Shown here piece by piece: positions 63,160 to 64,000 of a DNA stretch of 64,000 bases. This stretch comes from Lingula anatina. Taxonomy: Eukaryota > Animalia > Brachiopoda. How positions within the stretch are numbered: position 1 is the first letter of the stretch; each line of letters begins with the position of its first letter. Location: positions 8,502,954 through 8,566,953 of the forward strand of contig CM120644.1 in assembly GCA_051362555.1 (NCBI GenBank). Reading direction: 5' to 3'. Below the pieces are notes generated by a model that was not told where the DNA came from, ran no database searches, and worked only from the letters and a program-made list of their open reading frames with translations. The position numbers were made by a program, and so were the translations under genes.

Positions 63160-64000
63160 TTAATCTGCATTGTGATCAAATGGCTCAAACTGAATATAGA
63201 AAAGTGCATTAGCATGTTTAATGCGCAAAAATGCATAATATTCACTCTTGAGTAATTTTCTGAGTTTAAAAGCTGTGACCATAGACAATGGGATAGCTCG
63301 TTCCAAAGTGATGATTTCGTTAGTTATAAGGTTTGTAATTTGCAGACCATGCCAATCTATTGTTAGGTGTGGACTGTAGGTACCTTCAACCTTTAAAATA
63401 TCAAAGTACGATTCATGACTTTGAAAAACCCAGTACTTTGGACATAATGACAGTTTTCTGATAGGAACCGAAATACATTGTTCATTGTTGGAAATCTCTA
63501 AAACCAGAGCATTTCTCTTAGACTTAAAGAATGTTCTCCTAATATGTCCCACAAGGAAAATCAAGAAGATAATGGTAATTACAATTTGCATTATTAAAAT
63601 AGGAAATGTCATTGAATCCGTGATAATCAGTACCTTCGGCTCATTACTATTTGTTTTTGTTGTGGAATCTAGTAACCAATACGGCATAGTAGGAACTATA
63701 TCGTTTCCACGTGCCTTCTTCAGCAAAGCCACTATAATTGCCAATTGCCTGACCTTGATTCCTAGGCAAATTATTATCACGAGCAATAAGCCCGACAACC
63801 CTATTGAAATCCAAACCAGTATTTGAGAAAAATCATCTGTAGAAAATATTTCGTCTGCTAGAATAGCATCTGCCATAGAAGAATAGATTTGCTCCTGACT
63901 TTTTGCTGCTTGAGCCATTTTTTGTAAGCTCAAATGATCAACTGAATCTTTCGCAAGGAAATGGGAAAAATTATGTTGAAATAATTGAAGAACATTCGAT
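63160..64000 (-). CDS. C-terminal part of an env-like multi-membrane protein, open to the window edge
   Basis: Frame is open from 63999 (SNVLQLFQHNFSHFLAKDSVDHLSLQKMAQ...). Amphipathic helix, TM1 ILVWISIGLSGLLLVIIICLGI, signal-like LAIIVALLKKARG, S/T-rich spacer, TM2 FPILIMQIVITIIFLIFLV, and a ~130-aa beta-rich tail. It lies in the env position upstream of the PPT/LTR. Confidence 0.65.
   Translation of the reverse strand, partial: SNVLQLFQHNFSHFLAKDSVDHLSLQKMAQAAKSQEQIYSSMADAILADEIFSTDDFSQILVWISIGLSGLLLVIIICLGIKVRQLAIIVALLKKARGNDIVPTMPYWLLDSTTKTNSNEPKVLIITDSMTFPILIMQIVITIIFLIFLVGHIRRTFFKSKRNALVLEISNNEQCISVPIRKLSLCPKYWVFQSHESYFDILKVEGTYSPHLTIDWHGLQITNLITNEIITLERAIPLSMVTAFKLRKLLKSEYYAFLRIKHANALFYIQFEPFDHNAD

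Larger units (their letters stand above)
61447..64000 (-). mobile_element. 3' end of an env-carrying LTR retroelement (Gypsy/ERV-like) in a VWDE-like intron, truncated by the window edge
   Basis: Order on the minus strand: membrane-protein ORF, accessory ORF, GAATTCGAGGACGAATTC hairpin, polypurine tract GAAGAAGGGG, then a TG..CA LTR. gag and pol are not visible in the window. Confidence 0.78.

Overview
AT-rich, intron-rich animal DNA. The gene content and repeat types suggest a lophotrochozoan, probably a mollusc (inference). Six host genes were reconstructed by hand: (1) kinesin-1 heavy chain on the minus strand, 20 exons, with the 3' end apparently outside the window; (2) lysosomal beta-galactosidase GLB1, head-to-head with it, 17 exons, 673 aa; (3) an intronless rhodopsin-class GPCR; (4) a secreted globular C1q-domain gene; (5) an intronless RING/B-box/coiled-coil/NHL TRIM gene; (6) the 3' part of a VWD-EGF-transmembrane (VWDE-like) gene. 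The strongest novelty candidate is at the right end. An intron of the VWDE-like gene holds the 3' end of an LTR retroelement with an env-like multi-membrane ORF, then an accessory BTB/POZ-like ORF with its own splice acceptor, a doubled polypurine tract, and a TG..CA LTR with TATA and AATAAA. This is a complex-retrovirus-like layout, and a diverged solo LTR of the same family lies about 19 kb away. The kinesin gene has two duplicated 56-nt exons that must be mutually exclusive in the motor domain, and a candidate 39-nt tail exon that is either an in-frame cassette or a terminal exon removing the IAK autoinhibitory tail. Decayed tandem copies of exon/intron junctions recur in both large genes. 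All calls are by eye; no database search was run.
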